In this document: piece after piece, positions 26,460-37,944 of the stretch | Layout: each line of letters starts with the position of its first letter | Position numbering within the stretch: position 1 is the stretch's first letter | Assembly: GCF_963921235.1 (NCBI RefSeq) | Contig: NC_086097.1 | Location: 175,338,001 to 175,402,000 of the forward strand | Source: Mobula hypostoma | Lineage: Eukaryota | Direction of reading: 5' to 3' | DNA: 64,000 bases | Notes under the pieces: model-generated | Database searches by the model: none | Told to the model about the DNA's origin: nothing | The model's input: the letters and a program-made list of their open reading frames with translations, nothing else | Position numbers and translations under genes: made by a program

Positions 26460-27390
26460 ATGAGGTCTCATTGATGGCTCTGGACCTATACTCACTGGAA
26501 TTAAGAAGAATGAGGGGAGATCTGATTGATACCTATCGAACGTTAAAAGGCCTTGATAGAGTGAATATGGAGAGGATGTTTCCTATGGTGGGAGAGTCTA
26601 AGACCAGAGGACACAGCCTCAGGATATGAGGACATCCGCTTAGAACGGAGTTGAAAAGGAGCAGGGAGTGGTGAATCTGGGGAATTTATTGTCACAGGTA
26701 GCTGCGGAGGTCAAATCATTGGGTATATTTAAGGCAGAGGTTGATAGATTCATGGTTAGTCAGGGCATGCAGGGATGCAGGGAGAATGCAGGAGATTGGG
26801 GCTGAGAGGGAAATGGATCTGCCATGATGGAATGGTGGAGCAGACTCGCTAGGCCAAATAGCCTAATTCTGCTCCTATATATTATGGTCTTATGGTCTTA
26901 AAAGTGATCAATGTGTTGCTCTGCTGAACTGTTGATTAGGGTTGTGATAGTTGCTTCAGGAACGGAGTGGTTGAGGCTGTTTTTGAACCTGATGGCGTGG
27001 CACTTCAGTCTTCTGTATCTGCTGCCCAATGGTAGCTGTGAGATGTTTGGATAGCCTGGATGGTGGGAAATTTTGATGATGGAAGTTGCCTTCTTTAGTC
27101 AGTGCTTTCTGCAGAATCTACCACCGGTGGGGAAGGATGTTTCACAGGATGTATAGGGCTGAGTCCACTATCCTCTGCAGCTTCTTACGTCCCTGCACAT
27201 TCATATTTCCATACCAGTCTATGGTATACCAGAGAGAGTACTTACAGCAGTACATCTGTGAGGGTTTGTTAGAGTGTTTGGTGAATAACGAGCCTCCTTG
27301 AACTTTTCAGAATGTAAAGACTCTGGTGCCTACTTTGCACTAAAATTGACCATTTTTGTGTTTATTGTATTTCTCTTGTACAAAATTGTA

Positions 27391-28641
27391 TGTAACACCC
27401 TGGGAAAGGCTTCACTACTAACATAATGGCCTTTCTGTAGAAGCAGTGCTTGGGTTATGGTTAGAGGTAATGGGTGCTTTGGAATGTGAGTTGGGTCCTT
27501 TGTTCAGTGGGAGGTGAAGAGAGAAGACGCTGGAGGGAACTGGTCGTAGGATAAGAACAAAAGAACATAAGAAATCGGAGCAGAGTAGGCCATCTATCCT
27601 GTCGAACCTGCTCCGCCATTCAATAAGATCTGGCCATGGACTCATCTCCATGTACCTGCCTTTTCCCCATAACCCTTAATTCCCCAGTTATGCAAAAATT
27701 TATCCAACCTTGTCTTAAATATATTTACTGAGGTAGCCTCCACTGTTTCATTGGGCAGAGAATTCCACAGATTCATCACTCTCTGAGAAAAGCAGTTCCT
27801 CCTCATCTCCATCCTAAATCTACTCCCCCAGATCTTGAGGCCATGTCCTCTAGTTCTAGTCTCACCTAGCAGTGGAGAAAACTTTCCTGCTTCTATCTTA
27901 TCTATCCCTCTCATAATTTTATATGTTTCTATAAGATGTCCTCTCATTCTTCTGAATTCCAGCGAGTACAATCCCAGGTGACTCAATCTCTCCTCATAGT
28001 TTAACCCCCTCATCTTTGGAATCAACCTGGTGAACCTCCTCTGCACTGCCTCCAAAGCCAGTATATCCTTCCTCGAGTATGGAGACCAGAACTGCACACA
28101 GTACTCCAGGTGCGGCCTCACCAGTACCCTGTACAGTTGCAGCATGACCTCCCTGCTCTTAAATTCAATCCCTCTGGCAATGTAGGTCAACATTCCATTT
28201 GCCTTCTTGATAGCCTGCTGCACCTGTAAACCAACCTTTTGTGATTCATGCACAACCACTCCCGAGTCCCTCTGTACAGCATCATGCTGCGATTTTTTTA
28301 CCATTACCACGACCCAGTGGGGAGATCGTGATCCGATGGAGCCAGGTGGCGAGATCGACTGAAGATCGGTGAATTGAGCTCCAACTGGTGCACATTTGAC
28401 TGTTTAATTTTAATGGGCCCTTTTTGTTTTTTTTTCTTTCTTTTAAGATTCATAAATATAATTCCTTTAACCATATGCAGTGGGCTGTCTGTTATTTCAG
28501 GCACTGAGTTGTAACAGGGTAGCATATCACACAGCACCCACACAAACTGGGGTTCAGCAGGTGGGGAGAGTCACCTCAAGCTCACGGCTTTGGCGGGATT
28601 GGAGTCAAACTTACGCAGTCAAGGAAACCAGTGGGGTTTCA
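27391..28641. mobile_element. Solo LTR (27391-27551 plus 28304-28641) split by a CR1
   Basis: Termini TGTAACACCC...GGGGTTTCA with a 4-bp TSD tgta (27387-27390, 28642-28645). It sits inside a LINE 3' end (about 27330-28790). Confidence 0.7.
27552..28303 (-). mobile_element. CR1 LINE 3' end, 5'-truncated
   Basis: ORF 27642-28310 (LVRPHLEYCVQFWSP...); tail (aagaacat)n on the plus strand. Confidence 0.9.
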
Positions 28642-28942
28642 TGTACTTACGTTATAAATAATTTGGTTTTCTAAAGAATGCTGCTTATCTGACCTTATAT
28701 GCCTGTGATGCTGTTGCAAGTAAGCTTTTTATTGCACCTGTGAAGTCATGTCTTGAGCTTATTAGAATAAACTCGACTTCGATTTTGGTTACAGTCTTCC
28801 AAAGTCAACAACGAAACTCTCCGACTTTAGGGAAATTCCCATTTCTTTCTGTCCAGACGTCATGTTGGGTCAGACTTTCTATTCCTGCGAGAATATTCAG
28901 GTCTGCTGGGCATGTCCCTCGGCCTTGATATTAACACCCAAA

Positions 28943-29290
28943 GGTGGCACGGTGTCACAGCAGGTACAGCCACTGTCTCACAGCGCCAGAGGCTCGGGTT
29001 CAATCCTGACCTCGGCTGATGTCTATGTGGAGTCTGCACGTTTGCCCTATGATCAAGTGGGTTTCCTCTAGGGGCTCAGGTCTCCACAAATATCCCAAAG
29101 ATGCCCGGGTTGGTGATTAATTGGCTGCTTTAAATTCCACCCTGCCCCCCTCAGTGTGTGGGTGAGTGATAGACTATGGGAGGGGGGTGGTTGATGGGAG
29201 CATAGGGAGAATAATAATGGGATTTGTGTAAATGGTTGTTAGCTGGTCAGTGTGGATTGGTGGGGAGAAGGTCTCGTTTCTGCGCTGTGT
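28943..29290 (+). mobile_element. tRNA-derived V-SINE (HE1-like, elasmobranch)
   Basis: Box A-like ggtggcacggtg, box B GGTTCAATCC at 28997-29006, V-domain-like gtgggtttcctc...atcccaaagatg, and a CR1-like 3' tail. Confidence 0.75.
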
Positions 29291-29409
29291 GGCTAATTGT
29301 CTGTAACGTGTTTCAAAATGCACCCTCCAGCATTTTGTGTGCGTTGTATCAGGTTCAAGAACAGCTTCTTCCCTTCAGCCATTTGATTCTTGAACCAAAC
29401 AGCAAAACA

Positions 29410-29570
29410 GTAAAGAACAGGAATTCTGCAGATGCTGGAAATTCAAGCAACACACATCAAAGTTGCTGGTGAACGCAGCAGGCCAGGCAGCATCTCTAGG
29501 AAGAGGTGCAGTCGACGTTTCAGGCCGAGACCCTTCGTCAGGACTAACTGAAGGAAGAGTGAGTAAGCAA
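29410..29570 (-). mobile_element. Short Penelope pLTR end, near-identical to 16426-16575
   Basis: gcagatgctggaaattcaagcaacacacatcaaagttgctggtgaacgcagc... Confidence 0.85.
29510..29545 (-). ncRNA. Minimal type I hammerhead ribozyme (PLE-associated)
   Basis: Minus strand AGTC-CTGACGA-agg gtctcgg cct-GAAA-CG-TC-GACT, with intact core. Confidence 0.75.
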
Positions 29571-29582
29571 AACAGTAACTAC

Positions 29583-30432
29583 TGTTACGTACCCCATAAC
29601 TGGGTTGCCAAACCAGCAGAAATGGATCACTCAGTTGGAGTCTGGATTACTAGAACTAAGAAAGTTTTATTAAAGAAACAAGCAACACAGTACTCTAATC
29701 AAAAGGATAATAAAAGCAACAGTTCAGCAATGATAAACATACATGCACACAGAATTAAGATAACAGGATCAATCAAGCTCTATCGTTGTCTAGGGGTAAA
29801 TGATCAGTTTCAAAGTGACGCAAAGTTCAGTTCAGTTCGCAGTAATCGCTGTCGTGGGAGATGGACAGTGTGGGGGAAGGAGAGAGAGAGCAAAACGAAT
29901 GAATATTCAAGGCTTCCACACAGACCTTCGCAGTCAGCTTTCGGGCGAGTCCTTTGTGATGTCATCTGAGGTCACCGACCGTGAGCCCTCTGTTTCCAGA
30001 TACGATCGTTTCTCTGCGGTGAACCTAGCACCCAGGCAAGGGTGGACACACACCAGGTTCCCGCCAATCGTGCCTTTCCACCCTAAGCGTCTATGGCTTG
30101 ATCCCACGATCAGCCGTCCAAGAACTTCCCACCGACTTGTGAGAGACGCACCGCTTCTTGTTACCTCGGGTGTCATGTGTCTGTTGCCTTAGCGAACCTG
30201 TCCCTTTTTATCCCTCTGTTGGGGTATTGCCTGTCCATCACTTCAAACAGTTCGGGGTTCAAAGGGGGAGCCGATCTTGACAGCTCTCCTTCCTTCATTA
30301 ACATCTCCAAATGCTGCTCCATTGTTTTCCTTATCTCTCTCTCTCCTGAAGACAGGTGGCAGACCAACTGCTGATCCCACCGGTGCCAGCACAGGACAGC
30401 TAACATCTTAATCTATGTGTATTCTTGTCACA
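29583..30432. mobile_element. Solo LTR (850 bp), same family as 57394-58233
   Basis: TGTTAC...TCACA termini with TSD ctac (29579-29582, 30433-30436). The two copies share blocks such as accccataactgggttg and ggtgaacctagcacccaggcaaggg. Confidence 0.85.
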
Positions 30433-30489
30433 CTACCGAAGGCTGACAACACTACCAGCACTTTGATCAATTGGCACTAAAATGGACCT

Positions 30490-31490
30490 CTGCATAAATA
30501 TAAGATAAAACTTTATTCATCCATAAAGAATTTATTGTTGCAAGTTTGTTCTGCCAGAAAATATACTTTAAAATACAAAATGTAAGCAGTGAGGTATGAA
30601 GAAGAATCCAAAATGTGCATTAAAAAGTAATTAAGCAAAATACGGACATGACAGTGAAACCACATACTTCTATACTTAAGCAGGAGGAGTTGTAGAGTCT
30701 TACAGCCACAGGGAGAAAGGATCTCCTGTGGCGTTCAGTGGTGCACCTCGGTGGAATCAGTCTGTTAGTAAAGGTCTCCTCTGTTTGTCCAGTGTGTTAT
30801 GGAGGGGGTGAGGGGGATTGTCCAAAACGCTCCATAGCTTCTGCAGTGTCCTCCTTTCAGTCACCACCACCAGGGAATCCATGAGGCGCCTTCGTTTCCT
30901 AAGCTCCACCCCGCAACTATATTGGTGTTCCCTCACCAGGGAACACCTCATAAACCGTCTGGGTAGTCTCCAGCCCCTTGGCATGAACATTGAATTCTCC
31001 AGCTTCCAGTAATTCCCTCCCCCTCCCTTCCCCCATCCCAGTTTCACTCTGCCTCCTCCCCCAGCTGCCTATCACCTCCCTCATGGTTCCACCTCCTTCT
31101 ACTACCCATTGTGCTTTCCCCTATTCCTTCTTCACCTTTCCTGCTTATCTCCTCCCTGCCTCCCCTACCCCACCCCTGGATCTTTCCCCTTACTGGTTTT
31201 TCACCTGGCACCTACCAGCCTTCTCCTTCCCACCCTCCCCCCACCTTCTTTATAGGGCCCCTGCCCCCTCCCTCTTCAGTCCTACCAAGGGTCTTGGCCC
31301 GAAACATTGACTGTTCGTTTCCACAGTCGCTGCCCAACCTGCTGAGTTCCTCTAGCATGTTGCTTTGACCCCAGCATCTGCACAGCATTTTGTGTTAAGG
31401 AACCAGTTCCACCCCCAGAACAGAACTAGCCTTCCTTATCGATCTTCTTGGCATCATCTGCTCTCACCCTGCTGCCCCAGCAGACTACAG
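30490..31490. mobile_element. Rex1-like 3' fragment (minus) interrupted by a Penelope 3' end (plus, about 30942-31395)
   Basis: ORF 30757-31047 (SCGVEL...DNPPHPLH). The PLE part encodes EHLINRLGSLQPLGMNIEFS, followed by a pLTR. Confidence 0.65.
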
Positions 31491-31639
31491 CGCAGAATTG
31501 ACTTGTGAATCTGACAATAAACTCGATTTCGCCTTTGACTTTAATGTTACCAAATCCTCAGGCAGTACATTTGAGATTCCAGTCACAATATAGGTGAAAA
31601 CATTGTCACAATATAGGTGAGGGGTGGAGCTTAGGAAAT

Positions 31640-32438
31640 GATGGCACCTAACGTTAACTCCTTTGTTTGCATCTTTGGAAACAGCTCTATTTCTATCTTT
31701 AATATCTCTATTTTTCCCTTTCAGGGTTTTCACATGCCGACTTCGGTTCTTTGTCGGAATGGGACCCTCTCACAGGGTCTCACAACTGGCCGCTATTCGG
31801 CATGCCAAGGACGTGGCCTAGAAGACTAGCATGCTTTCAGGGTTCCGGGATTTCGTGACTCTGGAGGCGGGCAGACATGAGGTTAGTGCCTCCGCAGAAA
31901 ATCGGTGTGTTGTGGGAGACGGAAGATCGAAAGCAGCGAGCTGGCTGCTGACTGTGTGCTCAGAGACCCGAGTTCTTTGGGCACAGAGCTCAGAAAAAGT
32001 GATGCAACAGACTTTTAACATGGTAAGTCAGCAGATTGTTTGTTATGTCTCCCCTCTTGATGTGAAATGGGGACATCTCTTTTTCCTTTATTGGGGAGAG
32101 AGAGAGCCTGTGGTATGTCGAATTACTGGGTGAATGAGTAGACTTCAGGGTACTGCAAGTCTGAGTCTTTATTGATGCTTTGCTGCACGCTTGAGTGCTC
32201 GGTGGGGGGTGCCTATGCTTTTTTTGCTGGTGGGGGAGGGGGGATCGATGCTTTGCTGCTGATTGTGAATGGGAGGGGGAGCTGGGGGGGGCTTTGGGGT
32301 TCTAACATTTAACTGTCATTCACTCTTTGGGGCACTCCTCTGTTTTCGTGGATAGTAGCAAAGAAAAAGTATTTCAGGATGTATATTGTATACATTTCTC
32401 TGACAATAATTGTACCTTTGAAACCTTTGAAAAAAAAC
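31640..32438 (+). mobile_element. Probable non-autonomous non-LTR element with a (cctttga)n tail
   Basis: Starts gatggcacc and ends tgacaataattgtacctttgaaacctttgaaaaaaaa. No coding homology recognised. Confidence 0.4.
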
Positions 32439-33082
32439 TTCTTCTGATCCCCTCTGAAGTTCTTAATCCTCACCTTAAAAGTGTGCCCTTTGGTCATAGA
32501 TGCTTCTACCTTGGAGGGAGAATTCAATCTCTCTGTCTCTGCTGTATCTGTGCCCCTCATGACATTATATATCTCTATCAGGCTTCACCTCAACCTCCTC
32601 TGCTCCAAGAAGAACCAGCCCAGACCGTCTAACCTCTCCTCCAGACTGACGGAAGATCTGTGGAGTGTCCTCAAACATGGTTGCCTTTGGAAACATATCT
32701 CTATATCACATCCTGCACATGATGCTATCCATGTTTTGATCCTAACCAGCAGGTCCACCATGGACACGAGCACTATGTAAGCAAGGATACGTTATTATTC
32801 CCCCAACATGTCAATCAATCTGCCTTACCTCAGTACTGCATCTAACCTCCAATAAACTTCCCGTTGGAGTGAAGCTAATCTACAACAGCAAAGGGATTCC
32901 ATTCAAGCTGCCTCTTCTTCTAAGCAGAAGCAAGCCTTCTCCAACATCAGTCACTCAGGTGCAGGGTGCACTTCGTTGCTGGATTATAAGACTCATGCAA
33001 AACTTTGCAAAGCAGTAACAATTAGTGGTTATAAGCTGCTCCCTATAAGCATAAAGCTACTGACATTGAATCATTAACTTAC

Positions 33083-33148
33083 CAAATCCAGTGGGATAGC
33101 TGAAACTGCAAAACAGCAGAAACACAGGCAGAGAAACCAGGAAACCAT
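33083..33148 (-). CDS. MEP1B: Meprin A beta-like, coding exon 1 (signal peptide MVSWFLCLCFCCFAVSAIPLDL)
   Basis: ATG in context gacagaATGG, then 22 hydrophobic signal-peptide codons ending in phase 0 at a canonical donor TTG|gtaagt. It lies in non-repetitive sequence and splices in frame to the 19-bp and 51-bp exons downstream. Confidence 0.8.
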
Positions 33149-33360
33149 TCTGTCTGATGTACAGTGAATAATGTGCTTCAAGTTTGCATTCGTCTTCCTG
33201 TGCTTTAGGACTTTAGCCTCTGAGATGTTGATTTTAATGGGAACTTTGGCACGTTAGCAGGAAGAATACACTAACAAATGAAGATTGCATTTCCCCTTTC
33301 AGCTGCTTTCAGGTTTGAATTTGGGAAACCGCCTCGGGTATTTTTTTTTGACGTCACACA
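33149..33360 (-). promoter_or_regulatory. Candidate proximal promoter/5' region of the meprin gene
   Basis: Unique sequence upstream of the ATG. It contains two HNF4-type DR1-like motifs on the minus strand (AGGCTAAAGTCCT 33207-33219; GTGCCAAAGTTCC 33240-33252) and a perfect CRE TGACGTCA (33349-33356). Confidence 0.45.
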
Positions 33361-33419
33361 TGTAATGGCATTTTCAAAGTTGGATACTTCAAATTCCAGT
33401 ACAGAAGTTTTGAAGAAGC

Positions 33420-36400
33420 CTTGAGTTAACTACAAATGTTCCTTTATCCTAACTTGAAGTCCTCTCATTTTATCTGCCACTGATCCAGGGAAGAGTTTCC
33501 CCCCGTCTATTCTATCTATCCCCATCGTAATTTTTTCTGTATATCTCAGCTATGACCCCTCCTAACCTCCTCTGTACTGAGGAGAAGAGTATCAGCCTAT
33601 GCAGTCTGTCCTTATAGCCCAAGCTTTGCAGTCCAGCAACATTGTTGTGAATCTTTGCTGCACCCTCTCTAGCTTAATCACATTCTTCCTACAGCTAGGT
33701 AACCAGAACTGCTCACACTCCACATAACCAATGAACAATGTGTATGAAGTCCCAGCTCTGTGTCTTTGCTGATGAAGTAATGCCTTCTTGACCACTCCTG
33801 ATGAAGTGTCTTGGCCAGAAACGTCGGCTGTTTATTCTTCTCCTTAAATGCTGCCTGACTTGCTGAGACTGTCCATCATTTGTGTGAGTTACTCCAGATC
33901 TCCAGCATCTGCAATCTCTTATGTTCACACTCTGTCTACTTATGTCATCTCTTTCAGTGAACTGTGTACTTGTATCTCTTGGCCTTGCTGTTGAGTAATG
34001 CTCCCCAGGGTCCGGCCATTCACTGTGCAAGACCAGTCCTGGTTTCAGTCAAGTCAGGTCAGCTCAAGTCTATTGTCATTCAACTCTGTACATGCATAAT
34101 ATCTCGTCAAACGAGACACATAATAATAGAATACAGAACACATAATAACTTATGGATGAAATCTGCAGATGAATCGCACATAAATAAACAACTGAAGTGC
34201 ATAAGTTAGGTATTGTAAGGTACGGAACAGATTAACCAGTGACACAATGCGGCCAGGAGTTCAGAAGCCTAATGGCCTGGGAGAAGAAACTGTTTCTCAT
34301 CCTGACCGTTCTTGTTTTTATGCATCATCGTCTCCTGCCTGATGACAGAAAGTCAAAGAAGATGCTGGATGGATGGATCCTTAATAATACTAAGGACCCT
34401 GCATATGCCGCGCTCCTGTTAAAATGTCCCCGATGGATGGTGTGGAGACCATGATGATCCTCTCAGCTGTTCCCACTGTAGGGACTCCGGTCTGATGCTC
34501 TGCTGCTCCCATACCAGATGGAGATGCAACTTGTCACGATGCTATCTATGGTGCTCCTGTAAAATGCAGTTAAGATAGTGGGGTGGGGCGGTGTGGGGGC
34601 TTGAGGCCACTTGGTAACATGAGGCACAGACTCATTGGGATGAAAGAGCCTGTTATTGTGCTGCATCTCTAAATAAAAGTAAAATAAAATAAATGAGGCA
34701 TAAATAATGTGTAGTTTGTTGCTCTAGATTCCAACAGCTGCAGTCTCTTCTGTCTCCACCTTAATCAGAGCGGCTTGCTGGTGAATAATGGACAAGCCAG
34801 TTGCTCAAGTGTGTCCAATGGAAATACATCTCATCTGCAGTGATTACAACTTATGGTCCATCCAATGTCCAAACACAAGGATCCAATTAATGAATGTGCT
34901 ATCTCTGAAGCTTTGAAACAGCACATACCTGAAGCCAGGTATGTGTTTAATTGCTGAACGCATGAAAGACTATTTGCATTAGACCTTAAATACATTTTCA
35001 TTCAATTCATAGAAATGAAGGAGCTATGCTTGGGAGTAGATGTGTTTTCCAGGTACTGCATTTAAAAAATCTCAAGACAAATCAAAATCAGCCCAAATGA
35101 TTTCAGCTGAACATTAGCAATAAAATTAAACTTGTGCAGTAAAACCTTGCACTTACGAAGCAGTTTTAGTGCAGTAGAGTCCCCATTGACCTATCTATTA
35201 GGTACAGTAAAGTAGGTAGAATAGAACAGAAGAAATGGATTAGAATCCAGACTGGTTGCACCATGGTCTGGTTTGGGAACTCCAAGGCAAAGGAATGCAG
35301 GAGACTTCACAAAAGTGGTGAACTCAGCCAATCCCATTACAGGTACAGATCTTCCCCCCATTGAGCAACCTACGAGAGGTGATGGCTCAGGAAAGTGATA
35401 TCCATCAAGCACTGCCACCACCCACTGCTATTGAGGTGTAACAGGCAAGGCAATGGGAGGGCAAGCATTTCTACAGATTGGGGTAACTGGGAATAAAGCT
35501 TTGAAACTTTAGAGAGGGTGAAATTTGGAAATCTACCACAAGAAAAATAGAGTCAGAGAGCAACACAATGTGGATACAGGCACTTCGACCCACAGAGTCC
35601 ATGCCGACTACAGTGTCACTCAGCGAGTCCCAATTCATGCATTCGGCCCATATCCCACAAAACTCCGGCTGTACGTGTACTTCTGAAATGAAACCATTGT
35701 ACCTGTATCGACCACTTCTTCCAGCAGCTTGTTCCATATAATGACCACCCTCTGTCTGAAAAAGGCTGCCCCGTAGGTCCCTTTTAAATCTTTCTGCTCT
35801 CACCCCAAATCCATCCCCATGATTTTGGACTTCCCTATCCTGGGGAAAAGGCTGTTACCTGATCTACACCCATCAATTTTAAATAATTCTATAAAAACAC
35901 GTGTCATCCCCTCTATTCCAAGAAATAAAATTTAGTGTGGTCAACTTCTCCCTGTAATTCAGGATCTTGATACCTGACAACATCCTCGTAAATCTTCTCT
36001 GCACTCTTTCCAGTTTAACCATGTCTTTTCCATGGTAGGGTGACCAAAACTAATGCTAGGTTCAGTTTTAATCTGGTGCCAGTAATAGATGTTCAGCAGA
36101 AGGTAGGAGCTACTGCACCATGCACAAAACGCAGGAGGAGCTCAGCGGGTCATGCAGCATCTATGGAATCGATGAAACAGTCAATGTTTCGGACCGAGAC
36201 CCTTATTCAGCTACTGTATGACAATTCGGTCAACCTTCAACCCTGGGTCTCAACATGGCAGAACAGGCTAAAGGAAATAACTTCTTCCACTTTCCAATGC
36301 ATTTTCTTGGATGGTATCAGACCAACAGTACCCAGCCACAGAAGTAAAAGTTAAAGGTCCATTTAGGAGCAAGAGGGCACAACAATATAACAGCCAATAG

Positions 36401-36830
36401 AACCAGGAAGTTACAAGGAAGGTTGATACAGGGAGAAGGCGTTTGACAAAGCCCTGTGTGGGAAGCAGGTCCAGAAGACCGAAGTACTTGGCAGTCAGGA
36501 TGAAACTGTCAACTGGATTCAACATTGGCTTGGTGGAAGAAGCCAGACAGTGGTAACAGATAGTTGCCTCTCTGATTCGAAACCTGTAACTATTGGTGTG
36601 CAGCAGGGATTGGTGCTGGGTCTGTTGTAGTTGTTTATCCTATAATAATGAAATAAACTGGATGGCACCAAGACTGGGGGCATAGTGGACAGTAATGAAA
36701 TCTATCAGAGCTTGCAGCATGATCTGGACCAGCTGGATATATGGCCTAGAAAATGGCAGATGGAATTTAATGGCGACAAGTGTCAAGTGGCACTTTGGGA
36801 GGACAGACCAGGGTAGGACCTACAGAGAGC
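33420..36830. mobile_element. Patchwork of old CR1, Rex1/L2-like and PLE-end fragments
   Basis: Degenerate motifs at 33592-33795 (CR1, minus), 33797-33920 (PLE end), 34050-34620 (Rex1-like, minus), 35540-36060 (CR1, minus), 36120-36210 (PLE end) and 36360-36830 (CR1, plus). Confidence 0.55.
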
Positions 36831-37944
36831 AGGAGGGCACTGAGATGTGGAGTAGAACACCTCAGTGCCCAGGCAAGTGGACAAATCTGGAACAAACAGA
36901 TGGAAACGTGGGGAGAATGAAAATTGGATTGATGCAGGATGAGTGTAAATTGGTGGATGATGACTGGCCCAAACTCACTGGGCTGAAGGTCCTGTTTCTG
37001 TATTTTGTGATTCTAGGTGTCTATGAAAATGAAGGTACAAGCAGAGAACTCGGAGGCTAGAATCTTAGAATCAGAGTTCAGGTCCTTCAACTCAGCTTAT
37101 CCATCCTAGTCATCAGCCATCCATCCTAATCACACATCAATCAATTTTTCTACCCTCCTCACATGCTCACTGAGAGCCTTTTTGCAAAGCTTCCTTCTGG
37201 CTCCAAGTCATACTACACTACATTTCTGACTGGTTCAGGAAACAGAACCATACTGGGACAGATTTCACTGTACAGTAAATTCTCCATCACAGAACATATA
37301 TATGCTCTGAAGATGGACAACTGTCTTCTCTTGTAAAAACTGTATAATTTATGTTTAATTTTTTTTATTGTAAGTTGTGGTTATATGATGCTGCTACAAG
37401 TAGTTTTTTTTAATTACAGCAGTGCATATGTCGGTGAAATGGAGGGGAAAATCAGTCTCAAACCTAGAACGTTACTGTCCTTTAATTCTCCACTGAATCC
37501 CACTTATATCACCAACATATCAGAATGACCAAAACTGCAAGTAGATCGAGACATGTCAGATTCCAGTCACTTCTGCACCACTGTCTAGTTCCTCTTCCAT
37601 GTGCAACTGAAAATCACAGCAAAGGATGTCTAAGCCAGCTCTGTGAGACAATACAATCAGTCGCACGTCCCCAGTGATGAGACAAATGATGTTGAGTGAA
37701 ATTATCCCTCTGACGCGAGAGCTGATGGTTGAGGGGTAATATCTGTTCCTGAACCTGTGAAGTGGGACCTGATGCTCCTGTACCTTCTTACTGAAGAGAG
37801 CATTGCCTGGGCGGTGGGGGTCACGGATGAAAAGATGTTGCTTTCCTGTGACAGCACTGTGTTAACACACTCAATGGTGGGGAGAGCTTTTCCCATGATG
37901 GACGAGGCCATATCCACTACTTTTTGTGGGATATAAAGGAGTAT

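Larger units (their letters stand above)
11684..26899 (+). mobile_element. CR1 LINE Y in three pieces (11684-12777, 21578-22238, 26460-26899)
   Basis: The CR1 ORF2 reading continues across the two breaks (…cccatagtattacag / aatgatattagcgtggatag…; …gggttaccat / atgagg…). It has a (tatggtct)n tail and TSD aaaagtg. Confidence 0.75.
11470..27330 (-). mobile_element. Outer host of the nest: Rex1/L2-like 3' fragment (11470-11683 plus 26900-27330)
   Basis: (tcaaag) tail at 11472. The sequence resumes after 26906, and a 7-bp duplication aaaagtg at 11677-11683 and 26900-26906 flanks the inserted CR1. Confidence 0.55.

Noticed and set aside
28943..29015. tRNA gene
   Set aside because: The box A/B region continues into a V-SINE core and LINE-derived tail; no convincing cloverleaf.
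32820..32850. Minus-strand donor-like GAG|gtaagg in meprin intron 1
   Set aside because: No clear acceptor or protein similarity, and exon 1 already joins the 19-bp exon in frame.
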